A DNA stretch of 63,667 nt, filler included, from Octopus bimaculoides (Eukaryota): the NCBI RefSeq assembly GCF_001194135.2. It is 4 parts of 4 records of this genome, joined end to end, with 100 filler letters (N's around TTAATTAATTAA, not from the genome) between each part and the next. Parts side by side here need not be neighbours in the genome. Positions count along the whole stretch, not along the records: positions 31,515 to 58,990 come from NC_069008.1; 3 more parts are not named here. One strand, written 5' to 3'. A program made the position numbers and the translations under genes. Positions 35,948 to 47,915 of the stretch are shown here, piece after piece. The first letter of the stretch is position 1. Each line of letters begins with the position of its first letter. The notes below the pieces were generated by a model. The model was not told the DNA's origin. It did no database searches and saw only the letters and a list, made by a program, of their open reading frames with translations.

Positions 35948-36965
35948 CCGGTACCTGATAGTTATTGCAATAACTATCAGGTACCGGCCGGATGGCAATA
36001 TTTTTAATCTGAGGCGCCTGAAATCTGTAACAAAAACATCATCTCTACATATCTTTGAGCTGCAATATGCAGATAATACGGCACTTGTCAACCATGGCTC
36101 TGGTGGCCTTCAAGGGCTATTGGACCACATGTCAGACGCATACAGCCATGCTGGCCTAGTCATCAATACTAAGAAGACGGAAATCCTCCAACAGCCTTGT
36201 GCTCCCGACACCAACCCATACTCCTTCCATGTTGAAGATGCAACAATTACTAATGTTAACCAATTCACGTACCTTGGCTCAGTTTTCAACAACAGCCTTG
36301 ATCTGACAGACGATATTCATCGCCGTATTCGTCTTTGGTCGGCTAAGTACTCACTTCCTTCTCAGCAAAAACATCAACATCAGAACAAGAGTGGCTGTCT
36401 ACAATGCTCTTTGTGTTTCAATCCTGCTATATGTCTGAGAATCTTAGATGCCCTACCTGCATCATATCAAGATGCTCAAGCGGTTTCATATCTCTCGCCT
36501 TGAACAAGTCCTTGGCTTGCACTGGTGGAACAAGATCCCTCATACTGAGATACGTGACCGAACAAACAGCCAGCCATTGGAGGCAACAATCGCTAACCGC
36601 CAACTTAGATGGACAGAACATGTCATTCCAATGCCTTCAAATCGGTTGCCCCACCTTGTTATGCACGGCGAACTTGAAAATGGAAGACGCTCTATCGGTG
36701 GCCAGCACAAGCACCCCAAAGATCACCTGAAGGCAACACTGAAAGAATGTCATATCCCAGCCGACAGTCTCGAATCAATGGCTGCAGATCGCACACATAC
36801 AAGACTGGCACCACCAAAATCCAAGAAGATCTACTGCTGAGTGATGTGGCACACCACGCCCGGCGGCACGTGCAGAACCCTGGAAGTCAGCATCAGCAAG
36901 GTTTTACATGCTCCACCTGCGGAGGAATGTGTCTTAGTCATCAGAGGTCACATAACAACAAATGA
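35948..36965 (+). mobile_element. 5'-truncated RTE (BovB-like) LINE with a palindromic 5' junction
   Basis: RYRPDGNIFNLRRL, LQYADN, INTKKTEI, FTYLGS, RWTEHV.PM..NRLP, GRRSIGGQ and a C-terminal CSTC zinc-finger remnant; frameshifted. Confidence 0.92.
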
Positions 36966-36974
36966 CGTTTGGCA

Positions 36975-37179
36975 AAAAGTACTTCGCGCTTTGCGATGTT
37001 CACGAAATGAATGATGTATGTATGTATGTATGTATGTATGCATGCATGTATGTATGTATATGTGTATATGTGTGTGTATGTGTGTGTATGGATGTGTGAG
37101 TATGCATGTATGTTTGTATGTATGTAAGTATATATATATGTACGCATGTGTGTATCTATATGTTTGTATGTATGTACGA

Positions 37180-37212
<33 letters not shown>

Positions 37213-37250
37213 CAAATGGATGGATGGATGGATGGATGGATGGATGTCGG
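36975..37250. repeat. Compound (TATG)n/(TG)n/(GGAT)n microsatellite
   Basis: Direct inspection. Confidence 0.9.
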
Positions 37251-37881
37251 CCAACTAGAAACCAACCAGCCAGTCAACCAGTCAACCAGCTAGACAGTCT
37301 GCCAAGCATTAATTATTACAAGCTTTAAGCTGTGGTTTTTATCGGGACCGTCCTTTAAGAACGGTTATTGAACGACAGCCACGGCATGAAACTTACAGCA
37401 ATGATGTACAGATCAGTTATAATATATTAATTGCATCAACTATCTTTGTATTCCATATAAAGAACTTTGTCTTCGTAACACGTGGAAGTGCGGGAATGTG
37501 TCTGTGTTGGCGTGTGTACACACACATGCACACACACATGCACACACACACAAACACACACATTATTGTGTATGTGAATGAGTATGAGTGTATAAAATAG
37601 ATAAATAAAACTTTGCTGTCTTTTAACAAGTGATAGATGGCTCAACACGAAATCAAATATGGCAAGATGTTGTTTAGCAAAAGAGAGGCTGCAAGTTAAA
37701 TGTCTTGTTGCAGTATATCATGAACACCGTTTCCGCCACCATCTTCTACTATATAAAAGATATTTGAAGCTGAAATGTCATTTGTCAAGTGTTCAGTTTC
37801 ATTGCAGCCTTGTCTGAAGAGCTTTGTTGATTTGCGTGTGGTGCATTGTCTGTGTTTGCGTATAATACATACATACATACA

Positions 37882-37927
<46 letters not shown>

Positions 37928-37982
37928 CATATGTGTGTGTATCTATGTGCGTCTGTGTGTATGTACATACAAATATATATAT

Positions 37983-38041
<59 letters not shown>

Positions 38042-38133
38042 TAAATTTAAATAAATATATATATATATATATATACATCATTATATGGACACATATATAC
38101 AAGGTATATGATGTGTGTGTGCGCGCGCGCGCG

Positions 38134-38450
38134 TATACACGGTGAGCTGAATAAATTGTTGTCTAAGTTAAGCAAAAATGAAAATAACACTGATATCTCG
38201 TTTTAACAGATATATTTACCAAAATTACATTAAAATATCTTGAAATACTAAAGAGTAAATTTATTCAATAAAATCGCCATTAGCTTCAATCACGGCCTCC
38301 AGACGACTTCGGACTCTCCTGCGACTCTTCTGGATGGTCTTGTTTAGGTTGGTGAATGCTGCCACAAGCCTTGCCTTCAGTTCATCTTTGGTGTTACAAG
38401 GAGTTTTGTTGATATCCTGCTCAACTGCGCCCCACACACACAATAATCGA
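38134..38450 (-). mobile_element. Tc1/mariner-superfamily transposon 3' end
   Basis: DYCVWGAVEQDINKTPCNTKDELKARL...RSRLEAVIEANGDFIE* is a typical transposase C-terminus; terminus TA-tacacggtg; only one end found. Confidence 0.75.
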
Positions 38451-39492
38451 GTTTAAACTGTGTTACAAATCCAGCCATCTGCAGTGGAGGTTTCCGGTTT
38501 GGTCTCTTGGTGAGTAATTCTTGGTGATAGGAAACAAGATCCTCTACAGTACACCGGTTCAAGGGACACCAAAGTGTCTGGTGCAGAAATTGCAGTGAGA
38601 ACAGGGGAGTAAATGGGAAGCAGCCCAGGCTGTTCAGTAAACAGTGGAACGGTTGGAAGACAAGGTCCGTCTTGGGAACGTGACACATGACCGGAAGGAT
38701 CTCGGAGCTCTATGACAACCAATAATACTGCGTGACAGGATTTTTGTCCTTGGGTTGCAACTATTGTTTCTTATTTTCTTACCCCTAGAAAGTATCAAAA
38801 AGGGGTAATATTTCCTTCAAACTTTGTTTTTGAATCCCTCCCAACACATAGCTATGATGCTCCCCAACTACTCCTGCTCGTCTTCAGAAATGCAGATATA
38901 GTCAGCCGCTATGGGACTCGTTCAAGCGGTTATGGACAAATAGCTGACAAGCAAAATCTGTGGTATTGAGCAAAATATTTGCTACAACGATATTTCTGCT
39001 TCAGTGACTCAGCGCTGAATTTGTCTAAAATGTAATGGAAAATAGGTCAGTTTCAAAACATTGATGTCCAGGTCACAAAAGCAAAGTGTGAAGGGAATAG
39101 TAGTCATTTCCTTTGATTTCCCGATAAAAGCAAATAAGAAATAACTCTTACTGACCAAAGACAAAAATAAAATAAACATTTTGTTACACAGTGTAATAAG
39201 ATGACATGACTAGTCGTAAGGAGATGTGGAACCTGATTCAAGAGGTGACGAGAGAATCAGTGGAAGAAGAGTGGGCAAGCAAAAAATGGTTTGAGTTCAA
39301 TATAATTCAACAACATTGATGACAACTGAATCTCGTCGATTAATATGGTGGAAAAGGGCAGCCAAATCTCCTTGAAATCACCTTACTATCCAAAAGAAAT
39401 TGCGATATCTTAGATACGGAACGACGAGATGGTTATGGTTGGAATGTCTTCAACTATACGACTACTTGGCCAAGACTAACTTGGAGTTAACT

Positions 39493-39810
39493 GGTACTCT
39501 GTCGGTTACGACGACGAGGGTTCCTGTTGATCCAATCAGCGGAACGGCCTGCTCGTGAAATTAATATGCAAGTGGCTGAGCACTCCACAGACACGTGTAC
39601 CTATAACGTAGTTCTCAGGGAGATTCAGCGTGACACAGAGTGTGACAAGGCTGGCCCCTTTGAAATACAGGTACAGCTCATCTTTGCCAGCTGAGTGGAC
39701 TGGAGCAACGTGAACTAAGGTGTTGTGCTCAATGACACAACGCGTCGCCTGGGAATTGAACTCACGATCGTAAGATCGTGAGCCGAATACCCTAACCACT
39801 AAGCCTTCAC
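39493..39810 (-). mobile_element. tRNA-headed SINE with D-type head and middle and C-type 3' body
   Basis: Head ggcttagtggttagggtattcggctcacgatc...gagttcaattccc; middle ttcacgttgctccagtccactcagctg; 3' body as in 25209-25591. Confidence 0.88.
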
Positions 39811-39849
39811 GAAGTTAAACAACAACAACAACAACCCTACTGCTATCTC

Positions 39850-40470
39850 TACGATCCAACAAGATAACTTGTAATGAAGTCACCTGAACCGCTAAAATAA
39901 CAGCTAAAGGACACACCACATATTGTGACCCTGGATAAGATCGCAATGTCTTCGCTTACATGCCTTTTGACCAGGGCCAAGCTGGGGCTAGACAGCAACA
40001 ACAGCAACATGATCCCCACAGTAACTACTGCCAGCATCACAAGTACAATATCATCACAACAACCAGCACCACCAACAACAACAACAACGCCGCCACCACC
40101 ACCACCACCACCTACGCTATTATCGTCACCACCAGAATTACAATATCGTCTGCAGCAGTGACAGCTTCGCCACCAGTACAATGCCATTACCACAACGAGC
40201 AAGTTCGACACTACTACCACCACCACCACCACTGCCACCTGTGCTATAGCGCTGTCAACGCCAGCACCGCACAAGTACAATACCACGAAAACCACCACCA
40301 CCACTGTTACATCACAAACATAACCACCACCCCTACATACAACCACAAGTAGAATCCTAACACTGTCATCATAATCATGTATAATACCATCCACACCACT
40401 ACCAAGTACAGTGCTATCACCATTGTCGGCAAATTTCCTCTCACCATCACCGCTACCACCAACACGAACA
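39850..40470. repeat. Degenerate CAC/CAA/CAT trinucleotide low-complexity tract
   Basis: Explains the T/H/Q- and V/G-rich ORFs on both strands. Confidence 0.85.
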
Positions 40471-40937
40471 CCATTACTGACTCTGCCTCACTGACCCGAC
40501 TAACTCAGTGTTCACAAGTCAGTTAACAGAGTAATGATAAGGTACGTTTTATCCCGACTTATCTGCCACCAAATTCCAATCACATCAAAATAATGACCCT
40601 AACAAATATAAATACACGGAAACATACCGGGCTTGTTCAAGCGGAGAACAACGAAGGCGAACAACAAAGAAAGGATGTAAGCCGTCAGAAGTGAACAACA
40701 TAAGTGAAATGTCTAAAGACACAATCAGCTCCATATTTTTAATAAGCAGCCTTCTACTGTTTTGTCTTGGTATTTGGGGCGGAACGGTTAAAGCGGGCCT
40801 TCTTGATTAGGTATAAAAACAATAAAATCAGTGGGTTCGATTCTCATGTAGAGCAGCTGAAAAGTCCCTCGAGGGCGTCATTTTACATCGAGATTAAATA
40901 TATAGAGAAATATTAGTGACAGGCAGTATTAACACTG

Positions 40938-41187
40938 AGAGGTAATATTTATCTCCCTTTAAACATAGATGTTCTGTTAGAACAAACTTTACTGTGGTTG
41001 ATACAGTGAGAAAAACTCTCCTATTGGATTTTGGTGCAAAATGCACTCTTATAATATCGCTTGCGGGGAGATAACTCCCCATTATTGAAATAAACGTGAG
41101 TATATTTTGCACCTAAAAACCAATATGAGAGTTTCTCCCATAGTAGCCACCGCTACTTTAAGGGGGTGGGGGGTAAATATTACCTCT
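40938..41187. mobile_element. Imperfect foldback, MITE-like
   Basis: Ends agaggtaatattt / aaatattacctct; inner arms ctctcctattggattttggtgcaaaat / attttgcacctaaaaaccaatatgagag; no TSD found. Confidence 0.6.
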
Positions 41188-41329
41188 AAATCATACGAAG
41201 GTTTGTTGAGAGGCCTGGCTGGATGTCGTGAGAGGCCTGGCTGGAGGCCCAACCTTCCCAGTTCTTTTACAGGGATTAGAAAAACTGAAGGACCGTTGCA
41301 ATAATTGTGTGAATCTGAAAGGGGAATAT

Positions 41330-41872
41330 TCTTTTATTTTTTTTACTTGTTTCAGTCATTTGGCTGCGGTCATATTGGAGCACCACGTTAAAAGGTTTTA
41401 GTCAAGCAAATCGACCCCAGGATTCTTTGTAAGCCTAGTACTTATTCTATCGGACACTTTTGCCAAACCACTAAGTTACGGTGACATAAACACACCAGCA
41501 TCGGTTGTCAAGCGATNNNNNNNNNNNNNNNNNNNNNNNNNNNNNNNNNNNNNNNNNNNNNNNNNNNNNNNNNNNNNNNNNNNNNNNNNNNNNNNNNNNN
41601 NNNNNNNNNNNNNNNNNNNNNNNNNNNNNNNNNNNNNNNNNNNNNNNNNNNNNNNNNNNNNNNNNNNNNNNNNNNNNNNNNNNNNNNNNNNNNNNNNNNN
41701 NNNNNNNNNNNNNNNNNNNNNNNNNNNNNNNNNNNNNNNNNNNNNNNNNNNNNNNNNNNNNNNNNNNNNNNNNNNNNNNNNNNATACGACGGGCTTCTTT
41801 CAGTTTCCGTCAACCAAATCCACTCACAAGGCTTTGGGTCGGCCCAGCAAGATCTAAAGTAGAAGACACGTT
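41330..41872 (-). mobile_element. SINE family B split by a gap at its internal microsatellite
   Basis: Tail at 41330-41516; head-side segment atacgacgggcttctttcagtttccg at 41784-41872. Confidence 0.88.
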
Positions 41873-42296
41873 GGATAAAATCATAATTAACTGATCCTCC
41901 TGTATTTTCTTATACCCAAAGTCAGTAACTTTTCAACAACCCCTTGTATAAGGGTATGTATTCGTGTATAATGTAACCTAGAATTATTCCTTCTCTTGAC
42001 ATTTACGACATGCGGGTGGGGTAAAGAAGATCAGCATAGTTCTGAGGTTTGTCAGTTTGCTTCTTAACTACATTATTCGAGGAACAACGCCATTGCACGT
42101 TACCTTGTTTATGAGCTTTCTGAAATAGTCTCAGCTTGACCAATGACAGTTGTGAGAAATTTTATCGACAGAAACTTTGTAAAAGCACCTTATGTATGTA
42201 CATGTATGGATATGTGTGCGGGCGCGTGTGTGCGTGCGCGTGTGTGCGTGCGTACGTGTGTGTGTGTGCGTGTGTGTATTCATATATGTGGGTAAA

Positions 42297-42635
42297 GACC
42301 CCCCTTCGTTCATGAATGACCGTGAATTTGCACCTAGAAAGTTCCCCTCCCAAGCACAAGTCTGGGCAAGGTTGGTTATGGAAGACCAGCAGTCGCCCAT
42401 GCATACCAGCCTCCCCTCTCCACGCCACCAGTGTTATCCAAGGGAAAGGCAAAGGAGTCAATACAGCATGGCACTTGTGACGTCACAACTCATTTCTACA
42501 GCTGAGTGAAACTGGAGTAATGTGAAATAAAGTGCCTTGCTCAAGAACAAAACACACAGCCCGGTCTGAGAATCAAACTCACTATCTCATGATTGTGAGA
42601 CTGACACTCTAACCACTGAGCCCTGTGCCTTCATA
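42297..42635 (-). mobile_element. SINE family D, full length
   Basis: Homologous end to end with 53389-53715. Confidence 0.88.
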
Positions 42636-43197
42636 CATCTACATGACAGTATTAAAATACATCGAAAAAACACACTTTGAACTTTAATAAACCGAACGAC
42701 TGTGCCATATTTATGGCACACATGTGCCATAAATATCGCCATCCATTTTAGAGAAAAATTTGTAGTTTAGAATCAGTAGTTCTTTGACTGCNNNNNNNNN
42801 NNNNNNNNNNNNNNNNNNNNNNNNNNNNNNNNNNNNNNNNNNNNNNNNNNNNNNNNNNNNNNNNNNNNNNNNNNNNNNNNNNNNNNNNNNNNNNNNNNNN
42901 NNNNNNNNNNNNNNNNNNNNNNNNNNNNNNNNNNNNNNNNNNNNNNNNNNNNNNNNNNNNNNNNNNNNNNNNNNNNNNNNNNNNNNNNNNNNNNNNNNNN
43001 NNNNNNNNNNNNNNNNNNNNNNNNNNNNNNNNNNNNNNNNNNNNNNNNNNNNNNNNNNNNNNNNNNNNNNNNNNNNNNNNNNNNNNNNNNNATGCATGCT
43101 TGTATGTATATATGTATGCATATATGAAAGTGTGTATGTGTGTGCACATATATACATACATACACACACACATACATACATACATACATACATACAT

Positions 43198-43228
<31 letters not shown>

Positions 43229-43404
43229 TACATACATACATACAGGGTGGGTCAACTATTCGAGAACAAAACATTGAAGAACCATAGGCGACTTAGACTT
43301 GAACTAAACATCCTCACTTTTTTCAACCGCAGCATGGAAACTTGTCGTTCACATAGCCTTAGCCACCAGCCATATTAATTTTAATATACCCAACTTCTTA
43401 AATC

Positions 43405-43935
43405 ACTTGACATGACATGGTTCTAGACATGTGGAGCGAGGGTGTCCTCTCTCTGGTTGATCTGCCAAGCATTTACACACTGCTGAGGAGAGCACAAGTG
43501 AGGTGAGTCAGCCACCTTGTTCGAATGTCTGATACACGACTACCCAAAAGACTGTTTTACAGCGAATTGGTAGGAGGCAAGCGCATGCAAGGTGGACAGT
43601 AAAAGCATTTCAAGGACACAGTCAAAGCCTGACTAAAGAACTTTGAGATGAACCCCGACACCTGGGAAACGCAAGCACAAGAATGCTCTGCCTGGAGAAG
43701 CTATACCATAGAGATGTCATCTCATACAAACAACAAGATTGCAAGAGCACAAAGAGAGCGCTGCGTAGGTCCAAAGTCAACTCCTTACCTTCAGTCTCAA
43801 CAGACCATCAACGCCTGGCATGCGGCAGAGCGTTCCGAGCATACATCGGACTGATTGGTCACGGCCGGATACACCGTGCTCCGTCTTCTTCTCCCATGTG
43901 CTGTCCTTGGTCATAGTCAACAATGAAGGACGAAG
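43405..43935 (+). mobile_element. RTE (BovB-like) LINE 3' fragment
   Basis: [36 protein letters not shown] and CGRAFRAYIGLIGH zinc finger, with in-frame stops. Confidence 0.88.
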
Positions 43936-44666
43936 TAAAAATGTGTGTGTGTGTGTGTATGTGTGTGAAATAAGTAGTTGGTTAGTCCTCGATGAAATAA
44001 ACCTATGATCTCAGATATTCAAGACACGAATGTCTCGTCTTTTTCTAAAAAGTGTACCTGGTTCAGTGAACCTTGATTTAGTCAATCTCCAATTTAAAGC
44101 GTTCACTGTCATGACTTACAAATTTTTAAGAATATGAAGGACTATAGTATATAACGTAGCCTTTCCTTATTTCTAGGCATAGTATGCGGTTTCAGAGAGG
44201 TCTAGCTGTTACTTCTAATAGATAAAATGAAGTGATCAAATAGATCTTTCTCCGTTGTACTTGGCAGAAGTTTCAACTGGATTAAACTAACAATATTCTT
44301 TGTTTTGAAATCACGCTTCCTGGATATCGTGGATGTGGGACACCCGCCTAGACCTTATTATTTACCGTGGTACTTAGCATTTTCCTACATGCTACAACTT
44401 GGAAGAAAACATTTTCTAGATGTTAAGTGCTATACATACGGCTATTAGTATATATCACGGAAGGGTATGTGCTCCATAGGTATCACTAGCTACATTCTAA
44501 TTATTACTAGTTACCAGAGAAGGGAACAAATTCTTTGGCGTACACAAATACCGGGGAAGATATACACTTCCTAAGTATTACCGATGTGCTATCATATACA
44601 ATGGTATACACACATCAGTAGTATGTACCATGGATGGTATTAACTCATTAGTTATGTACAAAGGAA

Positions 44667-44870
44667 AGGCGGTGAGCTGGCAGAATCGTTTGCACGCTTA
44701 GCGACATTGCGCCTGTCTTTACGTTCTGAGTTCAAATTCCGCCGAGGTCGTCTTTGCCTTTCATCCTTACGCGGTCGATAAAATAAGTACCAGTTGAACA
44801 CTTAGATCGATATAATCCACTTACTCACTTCCTCAGAATTGCTGGCCTTGTGTCAAAATTTTAAATCATT
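44667..44870 (+). mobile_element. SINE family A
   Basis: ggcggtgagctggcagaatcg...gagttcaaattccgccgagg...gccttgtgtcaaaat. Confidence 0.88.
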
Positions 44871-45376
44871 ATTATGTGCAAAAGAAAATACACAGGCTCT
44901 AGATGTAAATACGCCCCATTTTAGCCACAAATCCCTTCAAGTTCCTATGCACCGTGTTAAGCCCATACTAAATATTTCTTGTGTAGATCCCATATGAATG
45001 TTATGAATATTTCCATTGTTATCTGTTCTTCATTTCACCATCTATTTTCCACATGAATTTTTATTTACATTTACAAACGGTATGTAATATTAATAAAACT
45101 TCTTTAATTTCTAATACATGTACGACAGCAAAAAGAAACATTTAAGTGGATACTTTATCAAAACATGCCAAAAAGATTTCATGGTTTATAAAAACCAAAT
45201 ATGTGTGTGCTATGTAGTATGCTAGGTACGAGATGGTAACCAAATAGTTGAGTATGTGAAAGTATACAATACCCAGAACGCGCGCGCGCGCATTGATATG
45301 CTTCCTCATGCTGCATGATATGTATTTTTGTACCATACCAATAAAACAACATTTGTACTATCATTGACGAAGAAAA

Positions 45377-45382
45377 TTTATT
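45377..45382 (-). promoter_or_regulatory. Candidate polyadenylation signal AATAAA
   Basis: About 50 nt downstream of the TAG of the 307-aa ORF and followed by a GT-rich stretch; the hexamer is common in AT-rich DNA. Confidence 0.35.
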
Positions 45383-45429
45383 TTATCTATTGCTTTAATA
45401 GTGAAGTCTTCATCTCTATCTCACAAGGA

Positions 45430-46353
45430 CTATATGTTCTTCGCCAGTTTTGGAATCTTCATCATTTTCACCAGCTTTTCAGCTCTCGTTTCCTCCTCAT
45501 GTTCCGTCTTCTGTTTCACGTGCCAGTCTAAATCATTCAATCTCTGCATCACCTTTTCTTCCAGTTCCTTCAACTCAGGTAAATCCAAATCTTTCAAATT
45601 CCTCTTCTCAGTTATCTGCTGCTGTTGCTGTTCTTCTTGTATCTTTAGTCCATACATCCGCCGCTCTTTCAGTATCAGTTGTTCTTCCAATTCACTTACA
45701 TAATGTGTCACTCGTTCTTTGTGCTCCTTCATCACCTGTAATGACAATCGTATCTTCTTCCGCAATTTATCTTCTTCCTGTCCTAGTTCTTTCTTCTGTT
45801 TCACTAACCAATCCAAATCTTTCAACTCCAACTTCACCTGCTCAGCCAATTTATTAATTCTAGGTCTCTGCAGTTTTTCCTGTTTTTTCAGTTCATGCAT
45901 CACCTGCTCTTCAAGATTTTCTAATTCCTGCCTCACCGCTTCTTCCAGTTTATTCAGTTGCTGTCTCACCTGGTCTCCCTCTTCCTTTAGTCCTTGTATC
46001 ACCTGGTCTAGCATTTCTTTTTTCAATCGCATCGCATCTTTATCCCACTCAGTGTGCACTTTCTCTTCCTTCTCTGATTTCACTTCCTCTTCCGCCTCAG
46101 GTTTCACTTCCTCCTTCAGGTCTTCTTCCATGGAACGTTTATTAGCAATTTCTTCGTTAATAAAGAGATTTTCCTTTCTAGGAAAACGCATAATAAATGT
46201 TTCATCTGTAGAGTTCGGAGCAGGTCCGACAGAATTTACCCTGTTAGGACCCAAGAAGAAACTACTTAAACATCGTTTGGCCCAAGAAATGAAGCGAGCC
46301 AAGCGTCCCCTCCCGCCTGGTGTAGCTGCTAGGGACAATGGCGGTATTTGCAT
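45430..46353 (-). CDS. Uncharacterised 307-aa helical protein with 11-residue repeats
   Basis: 924-bp uninterrupted non-microsatellite ORF from the first ATG (MQIPP...) to TAG; the track's start at 46377 is TTG. No transposase or RT motifs. Could instead be the last exon of a longer gene. Confidence 0.75.
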   Translation of the reverse strand: MQIPPLSLAATPGGRGRLARFISWAKRCLSSFFLGPNRVNSVGPAPNSTDETFIMRFPRKENLFINEEIANKRSMEEDLKEEVKPEAEEEVKSEKEEKVHTEWDKDAMRLKKEMLDQVIQGLKEEGDQVRQQLNKLEEAVRQELENLEEQVMHELKKQEKLQRPRINKLAEQVKLELKDLDWLVKQKKELGQEEDKLRKKIRLSLQVMKEHKERVTHYVSELEEQLILKERRMYGLKIQEEQQQQQITEKRNLKDLDLPELKELEEKVMQRLNDLDWHVKQKTEHEEETRAEKLVKMMKIPKLAKNI

Positions 46354-46965
46354 TTCTTCAACCAAACACAAATGCAAAAACTAACTAAACCAAAACAAAA
46401 TATAAATTGAGACAAAAGCTGGAAGGAGAATATAATGGAGGGAAGATGGATAGGGAACAATAGACTGAAAAATTAATTAAAATGACATAATTATATAAAT
46501 GAAATCAAAAGACGAGATAAATAATCAAAATTATCATACAGTTAATGAACCAGGAAAATAGAAAAGGATACAGAAACAAAGAAAGAACTAGTTGATTGCT
46601 TTCAGTCAGTTAATTAAATTGAAACATATATGTTTGGTTCGATATATCTGTGAGCTAATCATTCAAACTTGCAAGTATATAAAGAGAGGAAAGAAACAAA
46701 GAAAAGTGGGGGAAAAGGGATAAAGAACTAAAAAAAATCAATTGCCTGATGAAGTCGTCAGCAAATTGTTGAAAACACGGTATAGAAATTAATTTAAATC
46801 AATTGAAAATAAGTAATAGATATACATATAAACCTGAGATCGATTTAAAACAGAACGGAGGTGAGCAAAATCTTCAAGTTGTACCTTTTGGAATGTTACG
46901 TCATAATCTCTCCTGCAAACCTTCATGACGTAATTACAGAGAATTTTTGATGAAAGTAGCAAACA

Positions 46966-47126
46966 GGCGCAGGCGCAGCTGTGTGGTAAGAAGCTTGCTT
47001 CCCAACCATATGGTTCCAGGTTCAGTCCCACTGTGTGTCACCTTGGGCAAGTGTCTTCTACTACAGCATCGGACCGACCAAAACCTTGTGAGTGGATTTG
47101 GTAAACGGAAACTGAAAGAAGCTTGT

Positions 47127-47225
<99 letters not shown>

Positions 47226-47460
47226 ATATCTGTGTGTGTCTTTGTGTCTGTGTTTGTCCCCCATCACCGCTTGACAACTGGCATTGGTGTGTTTACATCC
47301 CCGTAACTTAGCCGTTCGGTAAAAGAGATCGATAGAATAAATACTATGCTTACAAAGAATAAGTCATTGGGTCGATTTGTTCGACTAAAAAAAAAACCCT
47401 TTAATGCGGTGCTCCAGAATGGCCGCAGTCAAATGACTTAAACAAATAAAAGAATAAAAG
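46966..47460 (+). mobile_element. Complete SINE family B: tRNA head, CORE-like segment, (TA)n(TG)n, about 210-bp tail
   Basis: ggcgcag...gtgtggtaagaagc, ggttcagtcc, gtcaccttgggcaagtgtctt (similar to the MIR/CORE gtgaccttgggcaagt motif), microsatellite at about 47127-47245, tail ending aaagaataaaag. Confidence 0.92.
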
Positions 47461-47719
47461 AACTGTCATTTAATATCTAATTCGAAGAGAACGCAATACA
47501 CGGTAACATTTTGTGTTCAAATCCCGTTGAATTCATATTTGCAATTCGCCAGCTGAAGAGTATAAAGCAGTACTCAGTGGAGTCCATGTAATATAACAAA
47601 TTATAGTCTGCCCGCTGGATCTTTGAACAATAGAGATTCTTTATAACACCAGACCAGTGGGTATATGAATAACATCCACCACCACCACCATCAACCCACC
47701 TTGAGGTTTTTTTGAATAA

Positions 47720-47915
47720 TCCTTTCTACTGGAAACACAAGGCCTCAAATTTGGGGGGAGGGGTTAAGTCGATTACATCGACCCCAGTGCATAACCTGTA
47801 CTAATTTTATCGACCCAGAAAGGATGAAAAGTAAAGTCGACCTCGGCGGAATTTGAACTCAGAACGGCTAAGCATTTCGCCCGGTGTGCTAACGATTCTT
47901 ACAGCTCGCCGCCAT
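47720..47915 (-). mobile_element. SINE family A with short internal deletion
   Basis: aggatgaaa...gtcgacctcggcggaatttgaactcag...gctcgccgcc. Confidence 0.88.

Noticed and set aside
45430-46353. Processed pseudogene or LINE ORF1 reading of the orphan ORF
   Set aside because: No poly(A) tract or TSD, no disabling mutations and no RT downstream on the same strand; not fully excluded without a database search.
45401-46384. Plus-strand ORFs 45401-45703, 45450-45857 and 45719-46384
   Set aside because: S/F/C-rich antisense shadows of the E/K/Q-rich minus-strand ORF.
46745-46790. ctgatgaagtcg...gaaaacacggta hammerhead-like motif upstream of the orphan ORF
   Set aside because: Stem II does not close onto the core and stem I has no partner; at most a decayed remnant.
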